The notes: generated by a model from the sequence alone, not told the origin. 43,673 nt of DNA from Desulfosporosinus sp. UBA4726 (GCA_002404215.1 DHJG01000014.1:20357-64029); one strand, 5' to 3'; shown: positions 1 to 8,913, counted from the stretch's first letter. Translations and numbers: made by a program.

Positions 1-115
1 TCTCTTCTGCGTTTATAACATAAACTTTATTTGTCTGGGTAATTTATTTATAGTACAATGAACATTGTGGATAAACTAAAAGGATAAATGGTAAAAGTAA
101 AGGACGTGTCAAACA

Positions 116-763
116 GTGGTTATTAAACGAAGTCTAATAGAACGCGAACGTATAGCGGGCGCTGTTATATTTCTTAGTTTATTTGTTATCCTAATATCGA
201 TGCTTAGCATTCGATTTTTAGATGTGAAAGTATCAAACATTGAGTTAGTTGACCGTGGTTTGTATACTGTTATTACTGATTATGGTCCTGTAAATGTCAG
301 CCAAGATGATATTATGAGAATTGAACGCACTTATACTAAGAGTGCTATAACTGGCATACCAGTGGAGCTGGATAAAATTTTTACAACTAAAGGTTTTATC
401 TATTTTTCTTCGTTGGATCCATTTTTTAACACAGGACATCAACTTATCAACTCTGTTGATTTTGAGGGAAAGTTAATCTGGGTCCGTACCATTGACAGTG
501 CGAAAACTCAGATTCAGCTACAAAATGCCAATTTGAAAGCTGTTCAACCATTTAGTTATGCAATTGGTACGCCTTCGAAACATACGTCTATACTCTTCTC
601 TATTTTATTCATACAATATCTTACCCTTACCATAGGAGGAATAACTTTATTGATTCTCATTTTCCCACTGCGATTGGGAATACCTACGCCAAGTCATCCT
701 TTCACTCAACAAGACCCAGACTATCTTCCAGCTGATGAATCGGTAGGTGCAGTAGCAAAATAA
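116..763 (+). CDS. Hypothetical membrane protein (two TM segments flanking a soluble domain)
   Basis: 215-aa ORF, GTG start with AAGGA upstream; hydrophobic segments near N- and C-termini; family not recognised. Confidence 0.75.
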   Translation: MVIKRSLIERERIAGAVIFLSLFVILISMLSIRFLDVKVSNIELVDRGLYTVITDYGPVNVSQDDIMRIERTYTKSAITGIPVELDKIFTTKGFIYFSSLDPFFNTGHQLINSVDFEGKLIWVRTIDSAKTQIQLQNANLKAVQPFSYAIGTPSKHTSILFSILFIQYLTLTIGGITLLILIFPLRLGIPTPSHPFTQQDPDYLPADESVGAVAK

Positions 764-864
764 TCCAGATTGCTCGACAGTGTCCCAGCGGAACATTTGA
801 ATTAAGACGGTTTTATATACAAAATGTAGATGGATAAAGAGGTTTTTGAAATGAGTGATTTAGG

Positions 865-1446
865 ATGAAGAGGGCTATATTAGTTTCAGGAAAAGCCCCA
901 TTAAATCTTGAAATTAAAGCTATGTTGCCACTCGTAAGTTATCAGCTTCTAGCCACAACGGATAATGGGATGGAAGCTTTGCGTTTCGCTCACCGATTTG
1001 AACCTGATTTAATCATTATGGGGTGGAATCTGCGTGGCCTTAATTCTTCGGAAGTTCTTCAAAATCTGGTCGGTCAGCATCTTTGTCCGACCATTGTTGT
1101 TCTAGCTCAAGAGGAACAACATGTTTTAAATGAGGTCATTATGGCTGATGCCCACAACGTCATCTTTTATCCATGGCGAGCACTTGAAATGGCCGCCGCC
1201 ATACAGCTTGCCGAGCATCGCTTTACTCGTGAATCTGAAAGCTTGCAGAAGATCCAACACTTAGAAGAAGACCTTAAGACGCGCAAGATTATTTTTCAAG
1301 CTATGTTATCTCTTATTCAGCTCGGGAGATACTCTGAACAGGCCGCGTATACAGCTTTGCGTACCCAAGCAATGACCACGCGCAAATCTATGCGTGCTGT
1401 AGCCCAGGACGTTATCAAAGGTTTTTGGATACCAGAGCCGGATTGA
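865..1446 (+). CDS. ANTAR-domain antitermination regulator with pseudo-receiver domain (AmiR/NasT/EutV-like)
   Basis: REC-like N-terminus (NGMEAL...PDLIIM), coiled coil LEEDLKTRKII, ANTAR motif SEQAAYTALRTQAMTTRKSMRAVAQ. Confidence 0.9.
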   Translation: MKRAILVSGKAPLNLEIKAMLPLVSYQLLATTDNGMEALRFAHRFEPDLIIMGWNLRGLNSSEVLQNLVGQHLCPTIVVLAQEEQHVLNEVIMADAHNVIFYPWRALEMAAAIQLAEHRFTRESESLQKIQHLEEDLKTRKIIFQAMLSLIQLGRYSEQAAYTALRTQAMTTRKSMRAVAQDVIKGFWIPEPD

Positions 1447-1468
1447 CCAAACAGAAAGGAGTCTTATA

Positions 1469-1906
1469 ATGAAAGTATCCGTTAAACACATAAAGGGAAT
1501 GCATTTTCAGGGTGAAGGAAGTTCAAAAGTCATGACCAATTTAGATGCCAGTGTCACGACCGGGGGAACAGGGCATGGCACTAGTCCTATGGAACTCCTC
1601 TTAATCGCGATTGCAGGTTGCAGTGGTATGGATATTGTCACAATTCTCGAAAAGATGCAGGTCAAAGTTCAGCGTTTTGAGACGACTGTAGAAGGAGAAC
1701 GGGCCAGCGATCATCCGCGTGTATTTAAAGACATTGAAGTAGTGTATAAGTTTTGGGGTGAAGCTCTGCCTGAAGACAAGCTTCAACGTGCAGTACAACT
1801 CTCGATGGAAAAATACTGTAGTGTTGCCAACATGATTGATAAAGTTGCTGACCTTACATACCGCATTGAATATAACCCCACTATGGGTAGGATAGAATAT
1901 AACTAA
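1469..1906 (+). CDS. OsmC/YhfA family protein
   Basis: SPMELLLIAIAGCSGMD and SMEKYCSV two-Cys motifs; RBS AAAGGAG. Confidence 0.92.
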   Translation: MKVSVKHIKGMHFQGEGSSKVMTNLDASVTTGGTGHGTSPMELLLIAIAGCSGMDIVTILEKMQVKVQRFETTVEGERASDHPRVFKDIEVVYKFWGEALPEDKLQRAVQLSMEKYCSVANMIDKVADLTYRIEYNPTMGRIEYN

Positions 1907-1912
1907 TTAGTC

Positions 1913-1946
1913 AAGAGTCGTTTTTTAGAAAAAGACGGCTCTTTTT
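1913..1946 (+). terminator. Intrinsic terminator after the OsmC gene
   Basis: AAGAGTCGTTTTT / AAAAGACGGCTCTT stem followed by T-run. Confidence 0.75.
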
Positions 1947-2018
1947 AACTTTAGACCCTTGGACGACTTCGAGCGTGATTTATTCTAGAAATCCCTATAA
2001 ATACCTCGTAGACAATCC

Positions 2019-2047
2019 TTGATAGAACATATATGTTTTGTTATACT
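2019..2047 (+). promoter_or_regulatory. SigA-type promoter with extended -10; palindrome in the spacer
   Basis: TTGATA-N17-TATACT with TG at -15/-14; spacer contains AACATATATGTT (2026-2037). Confidence 0.65.
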
Positions 2048-2053
2048 GAGTAC

Positions 2054-2129
2054 GGCGTTGGTGCTGAATTTGACGTAAATTCATTCATGTCTCGGGGCCG
2101 CACATCCTAAAAATGCGGCTTGTTTTTTT
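2054..2129 (+). ncRNA. Candidate structured leader/attenuator or sRNA ending in a terminator
   Basis: Hairpin TGAATTT-GACGT-AAATTCA, then GGGCCGCA-N11-TGCGGCTT followed by GTTTTTTT, all between the promoter and the RBS of the 2168 gene. Confidence 0.5.
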
Positions 2130-2167
2130 GCTACATACTCAATACTAAAAAAGGAGAAAGATTTTAA

Positions 2168-3133
2168 ATGAAAAAAAAGAGTACGATTAGGATAAAAATG
2201 ATTTTGGCTTTTTTAGGCTATAATCTTATTTTAGCGGTAATACTTGCCCCTTTTATAGTTTTCTATGGACCCTTTCAGTCGCTCCAAACTATGGCTGTAG
2301 GCGCTATTGCTACATCACGTCATCCTCAAGTAGTGCAGGCCTTTCTATCTCAAGCAGAAATAGATCGGATTATGAATCTCAATAGTTCTCAAGGGTTTAG
2401 CGACGGTAAAGCCATTACAAGTAAAAAGGTGCTGACCGATGCGAGTTCTGGCGTCACCATTGAAGATATCCAAGGTCCAAGCTTCAAAGGCAAAGTGATG
2501 CTAATCAAAGACCCCAAACGAGTTAAATTAGCCGTTACGAAGGAAATTGGTGTCACGGGAGAGAGGGTCAGCGATCTCGTAAAAGATATGGGAGCCATTG
2601 CCGGAATTAACGCCGGAGGGTTTTATGACCCGAATGGTAAAGGTAACGGAGCTTTCCCAGACGGTCTAACCGTGCATGACGGAAAACTGGTCCACAATAA
2701 TGTGGGAGAAAAAGGAGTCAATATTGTCGGATTTGATGACCAAGGTAAAATGGTCCTTGGCATAAAGACGGCCAGTCAATTGGAAGGGCAAAACATTCGC
2801 GAAGCTGTTACGTTTGAGCCTAATCTTATAGTTGATGGCAAATCCGTAATTTCCGGAGACGGTGGCTGGGGAATTGCCCCTCGAACTGGCATTGGCCAAA
2901 TGGCTGACGGTACTGTTATTTTCGTTGTCATTGACGGACGTCAACCTACTTGGAGTATTGGGGCAACTTTACGCGATCTCATGAATGTTTTTGAAGATTA
3001 TCATGCAGTAAACGCTATTAATCTCGATGGTGGTTCTTCTTCGGAACTGGTTTATAATGATAAGGTCGTAAATCGACTTTGGAACATTTTTGGTGAACGC
3101 TATATACCCACGGCCTTTGTGGTTACCCCATAA
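2168..3133 (+). CDS. Phosphodiester glycosidase family protein (NAGPA/DUF2233, EpsL-like)
   Basis: N-terminal TM; AGINAGGF, APRTGIGQ, VIDGRQ, AINLDGGSS motifs. Confidence 0.9.
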   Translation: MKKKSTIRIKMILAFLGYNLILAVILAPFIVFYGPFQSLQTMAVGAIATSRHPQVVQAFLSQAEIDRIMNLNSSQGFSDGKAITSKKVLTDASSGVTIEDIQGPSFKGKVMLIKDPKRVKLAVTKEIGVTGERVSDLVKDMGAIAGINAGGFYDPNGKGNGAFPDGLTVHDGKLVHNNVGEKGVNIVGFDDQGKMVLGIKTASQLEGQNIREAVTFEPNLIVDGKSVISGDGGWGIAPRTGIGQMADGTVIFVVIDGRQPTWSIGATLRDLMNVFEDYHAVNAINLDGGSSSELVYNDKVVNRLWNIFGERYIPTAFVVTP

Positions 3134-3261
3134 CGCACACTGCAATTCGTTACACGCTTACGCGATGCTTCTTCTTTAAATAGGTTAGAACGCTGCTAGG
3201 AATAGCGTGAAGGGACCGGCTCAAAACGTTTACTTAAGATATGCCGAAAAAGGAGAGTCGC

Positions 3262-4533
3262 ATGAAGAAGAAACTACGTATCATATTTGTCTGGACATTG
3301 ATTTCACTCATGTTGCAATATGGAGCATATTCCTTTATGAACAACCAAGTTCAAAAAGTTATGGTACCATCCGAAAATACCGAACCAATCACTCTCCAGC
3401 TCAAAACAACCATTCCAGGTGTTGACCTTGCTAATATCCAGATTTCTTACGCCAAGGATTACTTGGCCTACACGGAAGATGGTACACTTAAAGTTTTTAA
3501 CCTTACAAGTAAAAAGGTTGTTTTTGAGAAGAAGTCGCCCTCTGCGAATGATAAGAAGTTAGGTATTCTCACATATCAATGGCTGCCTGATCGCAGTACC
3601 TTACTCTATTTTTATGCTAAGGAAAATCCCACTCCGTTCACCTACGTTACCGTATACCCCCCTAAAACGACCGTTCAGACACCCATAAAGCCTGTAACAC
3701 CAGTTGAACCTAAAACAGAAGACCCCAATCAGAAAATTGATAAGGAAGTTCCAAAAATTGTGCCTAAAATAGTTCCTGTAGAGCCTAAGACCGAAAAGCG
3801 GTATGGAAATCCGCAAATTACTGAATTATATTCGCTTGAACTGCCGAATAGTGATGAAGACACAGCCCCAGATGATCGTTTTAATCGAACAATTGACGAA
3901 TTTCCAGCCGGCGGGAAAATTCAGGAAGTGGTTGTTTCTACCACTACAAATCTAATATATCTCACTTTGAAAAACGGATTAGCACAAACACTTATGGAAA
4001 TAGACATCATGAAAAATGTGAGTACCTTGAACAAATCGGGAGAGACCATCGATGATATGTCAGCCTCAGATCGCTACGGGACCCTTTTTATTAATAGTAA
4101 AGTGGGAACTACCCATCAGGTCACTGCCTTGAAAAGTGCAAAGCGTCAAATCATCTCTAAAAATGCCAACGATAGAATCCTAGGAATCAGAGAGGGCAAG
4201 GTATTTATCGGCGAAGTCCAAAACAATCAACTCGTAAAGATTAAAACCACAACTGACCTGGCTGAAATGACGAATAACCCTACTCTGAAAACCGAATGGG
4301 AAGGGTCGATACCTTTTGACGATAACGTACGGAAGCTCATCGGTGCTGAAGGCCAAATTATTGTATATGATCATCAAAAAGCCAATATTATCGTAGCCGG
4401 TAAGCTTCAAGAGGTCCAACTGCACGGAGATGAGAATTACATCTCTGTCGATGGTGCGGAACTTATCCAACTCACCAAGGAAGGTACATCTACTCTTGTG
4501 GAATTACAAGCTCTTAAAGGCACAACTAAATAA
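3262..4533 (+). CDS. Membrane-anchored hypothetical protein (possible beta-propeller) with Pro-rich insertion
   Basis: ORF track gives 3241; AGGAG RBS favours ATG 3262 (MKKKLRIIFVW, signal anchor); PVEPKTE repeated. Confidence 0.75.
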   Translation: MKKKLRIIFVWTLISLMLQYGAYSFMNNQVQKVMVPSENTEPITLQLKTTIPGVDLANIQISYAKDYLAYTEDGTLKVFNLTSKKVVFEKKSPSANDKKLGILTYQWLPDRSTLLYFYAKENPTPFTYVTVYPPKTTVQTPIKPVTPVEPKTEDPNQKIDKEVPKIVPKIVPVEPKTEKRYGNPQITELYSLELPNSDEDTAPDDRFNRTIDEFPAGGKIQEVVVSTTTNLIYLTLKNGLAQTLMEIDIMKNVSTLNKSGETIDDMSASDRYGTLFINSKVGTTHQVTALKSAKRQIISKNANDRILGIREGKVFIGEVQNNQLVKIKTTTDLAEMTNNPTLKTEWEGSIPFDDNVRKLIGAEGQIIVYDHQKANIIVAGKLQEVQLHGDENYISVDGAELIQLTKEGTSTLVELQALKGTTK

Positions 4534-4567
4534 ATTTCTTTTGAACAAATTTTATTTATAGTTTTAT

Positions 4568-4610
4568 ACATTAGAAAAGGAACGCCTTCTGGGCGTTCCC
4601 TTTCTAATGT
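4568..4610. terminator. Bidirectional terminator between convergent genes
   Basis: ACATTAGAAAAGGAACGCC / GGCGTTCCCTTTCTAATGT inverted repeat. Confidence 0.8.
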
Positions 4611-4643
4611 CGGATATAAAATTGATTCTAAAAGTTGCTTTTG

Positions 4644-7388
4644 TTATGGGGTTTGGGCGGGAGCACTTTGTAATCCCTTGAGTTGTGTTTCCAAATTATC
4701 GAGCAAGGTGCGTATTTGATTCATCTGATCAATTATCGAGGTCATGTCCGGTGTATTCTTCTCAGTTTGGGGTTGTGTCGACGGGGCGGGGGCAGGTGAG
4801 CTTTGTCCAGGTGTCGTAGGTTGTGGTGTCCCTTCACCAAAGAGTTGAGTTAGGGCTGAACCTAGATTGTCTGTCATTACTAATTTATCCTGATAAGCCA
4901 GCACGACACGTTTCATTTCTGGGATACTACCGCCTTTATCTGATTGCAGATAGATAGGTTCAACATAGAGAAAGTTCCCACCGATTGGGAGTGCTAGGAG
5001 GTTTCCACGAATTACACTTGAGCCTTTTTGATCCCATAAGGAGAGCTCCTTTGATACTGATGGGTCTTGGTCAATGCGAGATTCAATTTGTAAGGGACCG
5101 TCTATTTCAGTGTTCTTGGGCAGTTTGTAAAGTAAGAGCTCGCCATAATGTTCTCCGTCCATTCGCGCTGCCATCCAGGCAACCATGTTGTTTCTTGAAT
5201 TCGATGAGCTGGACGCAGGTGTAAATGGAAGCATGAGCACAAACTCCGGCTTATCCTCTCCCGGGATTTTCATAATCGTATAATAGGGGGCCACGTTTTG
5301 GGGTTTGGTCTGAAAGAGTTCTTTCGCAATATCCCAGGCGTCCTCCTTATTATAGAAAACGGAGGAATTCGTCATATGAAAGGTGTTAAGCATAGTGCTT
5401 TGAACACTAAAAAGAGTTTCAGGATAACGAAAGTGACTCTTTAAGCTTGCTGAAATACTCGATATGTCTTTAAATACGCCAGGAAAAATCTTCATGTAAG
5501 TCTTTAATATCGGATCTTGAGGATCGACTGCGTAAAAATCAACGGTCCCGTCATTGGCATCAATGATTACTTTAACTGAGTTTCTGATATAATTAAACCC
5601 CTGATCTGGATACTGATTAGAATAGGGAAGAGCATCTGAAGTGGTATAGGCATCAATAATCCATTTTAGACGTCCACCATCAACGACCATATAAGGATCC
5701 GAATCATAGGTTAAAAAGGGTGCCAGCTTTTCGACTCGATCTTTTATGTTGCGGTACACAAGCATTTTACTGGTAGATTTCACTTCATTGGCTAGGTAAA
5801 ATCGAAAGGTTCCATGACGAAGTGAAAGCATCAGCTTATTTAGAGGGGTTAGCTGAATCCCAGTTTTACCTTGGTAGGACGTTTCAGCATTTGAGTCTCC
5901 TTGAGGATAATCAAACTCTTTAATTGTGGTGTCTGCAACAACCCAGTCATTTGTCAACTCACCATAATAAATCCTCGGTTCTGACATTTTGAATTCTGGA
6001 AATTCACTGACCGGAGGAACGTCTTTGACGGCAAAGGAAGGGAGACCTTCCGAGGTGACGGCATTAGCAAACGAAGCAGCAACACCATAACCATGCGTAT
6101 ATTTAAAGCGCAGGTTCACATATGTTTGTGCTTTTGGATCTAAATCAGGAGTTGATATTTCTCTTGGGCCCATCATGACTTGCCGATATTCGCCATTAAC
6201 CAGATATCTATCAATATCAATATCATTAAATTTATAATAGAGACGGATTCCCTGTTTTTGGGTGTAGGTCTGTAACAAAGGTCGAGTGTCGTTAAGTCGG
6301 ATATTATTGAGAGTGCCTTGGTCCGCCTTTAAAGCACTCAATGTAATTGGGGTATTTCCCGGATAAGCTATTTCTTTAATTTTGTCTAAGCCAAATCCAA
6401 AACGCGTCAACTCTATTTCATGTTGAATATAGGGTTGCTCTTTGTTCAGCTCGTTCGGGATGACGACAAATGATTGAATGAGTGTGGGGAAAATCCCATA
6501 GATTATAATTCCAATGGCAAATATACCCACAACTGGAACAGTCAACAAACGTGAATCTTTAAACGCTAGCGCGATGCAAGCTGAAATAAATCCTAAAGCA
6601 CTTATGACAATTAAACCCTTAAGTGCAGGAAGGGTAGCAGTCAGATCCGCGTATCCAGCACCCACCACATGTCCATGTATCGAGTAAAGTAATTGGAAAA
6701 TATCAAGGTAATATCCGAACGCCTTCAGAGCAAAGAGAATTCCGACTAATAATGCCAAGTGCCTGCGAGACGCGGCTCCCATTTCGACTGCACCCTTTTG
6801 CCAAAGCTTTCTCGAGTGGAATCGTAAGACACCAGTAACGACATAAAAGATTGTTGTAAACAGGGTAAGTAAGAACAGAGGACCAAAGAAGGCATTATAC
6901 AAAGTTTTTAAGAAAGGCAATTGGAAAAAATAAAAAGCCAAATCCTTACCGAAAATCGGATCGACTTGACCGAAAGGCGTGGCATGTATGAACGACAATA
7001 CATCTAACCAACCAGTGAATCCTGCAACGAAACTAACTCCAAAACTCATAACGGCAGAGATTATAAGTAACCATACAGTAATCTTTCGTTGGCTCAGGCT
7101 TAAAACTGGTCGATTCATATCTTGTACCAGACGTAAACGCAGACGCAAACGCTCATTAACGAAGGTTACAATGGCATGCCGAATAGAGAATAGAGTTCCA
7201 GCTATGAAGATAAATAGAATGGTACCGTTGACCGCTTGAAAGAGCCATTTACTAAGCAGTGGTGTCCAAAACAATTGACTGTACCCAAGATCTTTAAACC
7301 ACAACCAATCTTCGAATAAGCCGCTTGACGCAGTCAGTACAGCAATTAAAATGATCAGACCAACAAGAAATTTAACAGAACGGCGCAA
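4644..7388 (-). CDS. UPF0182 family membrane protein
   Basis: 914 aa, multi-TM N-half; DWLWFKDLGY, DPIFGKDLAFYFFQLP, YTHGYG, YIRNSVK, YVEPIY motifs; TTG start with AGGAGG. Confidence 0.93.
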   Translation of the reverse strand: MRRSVKFLVGLIILIAVLTASSGLFEDWLWFKDLGYSQLFWTPLLSKWLFQAVNGTILFIFIAGTLFSIRHAIVTFVNERLRLRLRLVQDMNRPVLSLSQRKITVWLLIISAVMSFGVSFVAGFTGWLDVLSFIHATPFGQVDPIFGKDLAFYFFQLPFLKTLYNAFFGPLFLLTLFTTIFYVVTGVLRFHSRKLWQKGAVEMGAASRRHLALLVGILFALKAFGYYLDIFQLLYSIHGHVVGAGYADLTATLPALKGLIVISALGFISACIALAFKDSRLLTVPVVGIFAIGIIIYGIFPTLIQSFVVIPNELNKEQPYIQHEIELTRFGFGLDKIKEIAYPGNTPITLSALKADQGTLNNIRLNDTRPLLQTYTQKQGIRLYYKFNDIDIDRYLVNGEYRQVMMGPREISTPDLDPKAQTYVNLRFKYTHGYGVAASFANAVTSEGLPSFAVKDVPPVSEFPEFKMSEPRIYYGELTNDWVVADTTIKEFDYPQGDSNAETSYQGKTGIQLTPLNKLMLSLRHGTFRFYLANEVKSTSKMLVYRNIKDRVEKLAPFLTYDSDPYMVVDGGRLKWIIDAYTTSDALPYSNQYPDQGFNYIRNSVKVIIDANDGTVDFYAVDPQDPILKTYMKIFPGVFKDISSISASLKSHFRYPETLFSVQSTMLNTFHMTNSSVFYNKEDAWDIAKELFQTKPQNVAPYYTIMKIPGEDKPEFVLMLPFTPASSSSNSRNNMVAWMAARMDGEHYGELLLYKLPKNTEIDGPLQIESRIDQDPSVSKELSLWDQKGSSVIRGNLLALPIGGNFLYVEPIYLQSDKGGSIPEMKRVVLAYQDKLVMTDNLGSALTQLFGEGTPQPTTPGQSSPAPAPSTQPQTEKNTPDMTSIIDQMNQIRTLLDNLETQLKGLQSAPAQTP

Positions 7389-7465
7389 AAGCGATTTCCT
7401 CCTTTGATTTTTGAATTTCTTTGCCTTAACACATAGTTTGTGGCATACTAATCTAACATAATTAT

Positions 7466-7492
7466 ATTCTTCCCAATAAATGAAAATCCCTC
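7466..7492 (-). promoter_or_regulatory. SigH-like promoter for the UPF0182 gene
   Basis: Minus strand GAGGGATTT-N11-GAAGAAT, one mismatch to RNAGGAWWW-N11/12-RNNGAAT. Confidence 0.4.
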
Positions 7493-7560
7493 CCTCAGAA
7501 AAGAAAAAAAATTGAAAAATTTTCTATAATAATAGAGAAGATATGGTATACTGTTTTTGT

Positions 7561-7577
7561 ATACCCTTAAGGGGTAT
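7561..7577. promoter_or_regulatory. CsoR/CstR-family operator-like palindrome upstream of trxB
   Basis: ATACCCTTAAGGGGTAT just downstream of extended -10 TGGTATACT (7544-7552). Confidence 0.6.
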
Positions 7578-7611
7578 GTTTGAAGTTGAGATTTTAAGAG
7601 GAGTGAAAATT

Positions 7612-8523
7612 ATGTATGACGTCATTATTGTCGGTGCGGGTCCTGCCGGCCTAACAGCTGGGATATACGCTGCACGCGGAGGACTCAAAACCGCCATTCT
7701 GGAATTAGCGATGCCAGGAGGACAAGCTGCTTCAACTGAGTTGATCGAGAACTATCCTGGATTTCCTGATGGAGTCAATGGATATGAACTTATGAATTCA
7801 TTTCATAAGCAAGCCTTGACGTTTGGTGTGGAGTTTATTTTTGAGGAAGTTCAAAAGTTCAATCTTACTGATCAGATCAAAACAATTCAAACACATAATG
7901 AAACTTATGAAGCACGTTCCCTAATTATCGCCGCAGGTTCCAAACCTCGATTATTAGGTGTACCCGGAGAGGAAGTTTTTCATGGTCGTGGAGTTTCCTA
8001 TTGCGCAACATGTGACGGTGCCTTCTTTAAAGGTAAAAAGGTTGTCGTTGTCGGTGGGGGAGAAGCGGCTATTGAAGAAGGCACATATCTGACCAAGTTT
8101 GCGGAGGAAGTCATTATCGTACATCGGAGAGAGGGCTTCCGAGCTTCTCAAATTGTTATGGAAAGAGCGAAAGCTAATCCTAAAATTCGTTTTGAACTCC
8201 ATGCTATAATTGAGGAGATTCTTGGTTCTGAGAAAGTAGAAGGTGTACGGATTCGTGATGTTCTCAATGGAGGAATACGAGAAATCCCTGCAGATGGGGT
8301 CTTCATCTATGTTGGAACAAATCCTAACACCCAATTTATCCACGGAGAAATCGAGACAGACGACCAAGGGTATATTCTGACTGACAACCACCTACAAACC
8401 AATATTAAAGGGGTATATGCCGCAGGAGATATTCGAAACACTCCACTGCGCCAAGTAGCTACTGCTGTTGGTGACGGTGCATTGGCTGCGGTGGAAGTAG
8501 AAAAGTTTCTTTCGGAAGCATAA
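7612..8523 (+). CDS. trxB: Thioredoxin-disulfide reductase
   Basis: GAGPAG FAD motif, CATCDG redox centre, VVGGG NADPH motif, AAGDIR; start set to ATG 7612 (MYDVII) by GAGGAG RBS. Confidence 0.96.
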   Translation: MYDVIIVGAGPAGLTAGIYAARGGLKTAILELAMPGGQAASTELIENYPGFPDGVNGYELMNSFHKQALTFGVEFIFEEVQKFNLTDQIKTIQTHNETYEARSLIIAAGSKPRLLGVPGEEVFHGRGVSYCATCDGAFFKGKKVVVVGGGEAAIEEGTYLTKFAEEVIIVHRREGFRASQIVMERAKANPKIRFELHAIIEEILGSEKVEGVRIRDVLNGGIREIPADGVFIYVGTNPNTQFIHGEIETDDQGYILTDNHLQTNIKGVYAAGDIRNTPLRQVATAVGDGALAAVEVEKFLSEA

Positions 8524-8594
8524 TATTCCCAGGTACAAATAATATGGTACCGCTTATAACTCAGTCGTAGCACAATTATTCAAATTCTATTTTT

Positions 8595-8624
8595 AAAGGG
8601 ATGCCGTAAAGGCATCCCCTTTTT
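8595..8624 (+). terminator. trxB terminator
   Basis: GGGATGCC-GTAAA-GGCATCCC followed by CTTTTT. Confidence 0.85.
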
Positions 8625-8831
8625 GTAGCTATGCAGAAAATATAGGTTTCGGGTTGCCTATTCGGGTGGGTATAAGTACAACAAGGAGACCGCCTGCGGT
8701 CTCTTCTCACCATCAGGCGCCTTTGCCATCCTTGGCGGCGCTCTAACCTCGAACATCCTGTTCGAGTCATGACTAGAGACACTTGGCCGTCCTTGGCCGG
8801 CGCCTGCGGCTTGGTGCTAGCCAAGTTTTCT
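8622..8831 (+). repeat. Structured interspersed repeat (REP/MITE-like), long copy with internal hairpin cassette
   Basis: Shares GGGTGG(G)TATAAGT(A/G)CAAC and CGCCTGCGGCTTGG....AGCCAAGTTTTCT with the reverse complement of 31152-31257; contains several hairpins. Confidence 0.8.
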
Positions 8832-8913
8832 TTAGGTTATAAAGTGCAGTATAAGTTAAAGGATTTATAGGGAAAATAAATATCAGCCAGTTATATAGGA
8901 GGAGGGAATCTTT

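Noticed and set aside
2054-2129. Assignment to fluoride or c-di-AMP riboswitch classes
   Set aside because: Only the first few nucleotides (GGCG.TGGTG, GCTGAAT) resemble them; the remaining conserved cores are absent
8750-8764. CGAAC-ATCCT-GTTCG resembling a LexA box
   Set aside because: Spacer is 5 nt rather than 4, and it is one of the repeat's hairpin modules
8576-8824. 82-aa minus-strand ORF
   Set aside because: Lies across the interspersed repeat and the trxB terminator; no RBS; not protein-like
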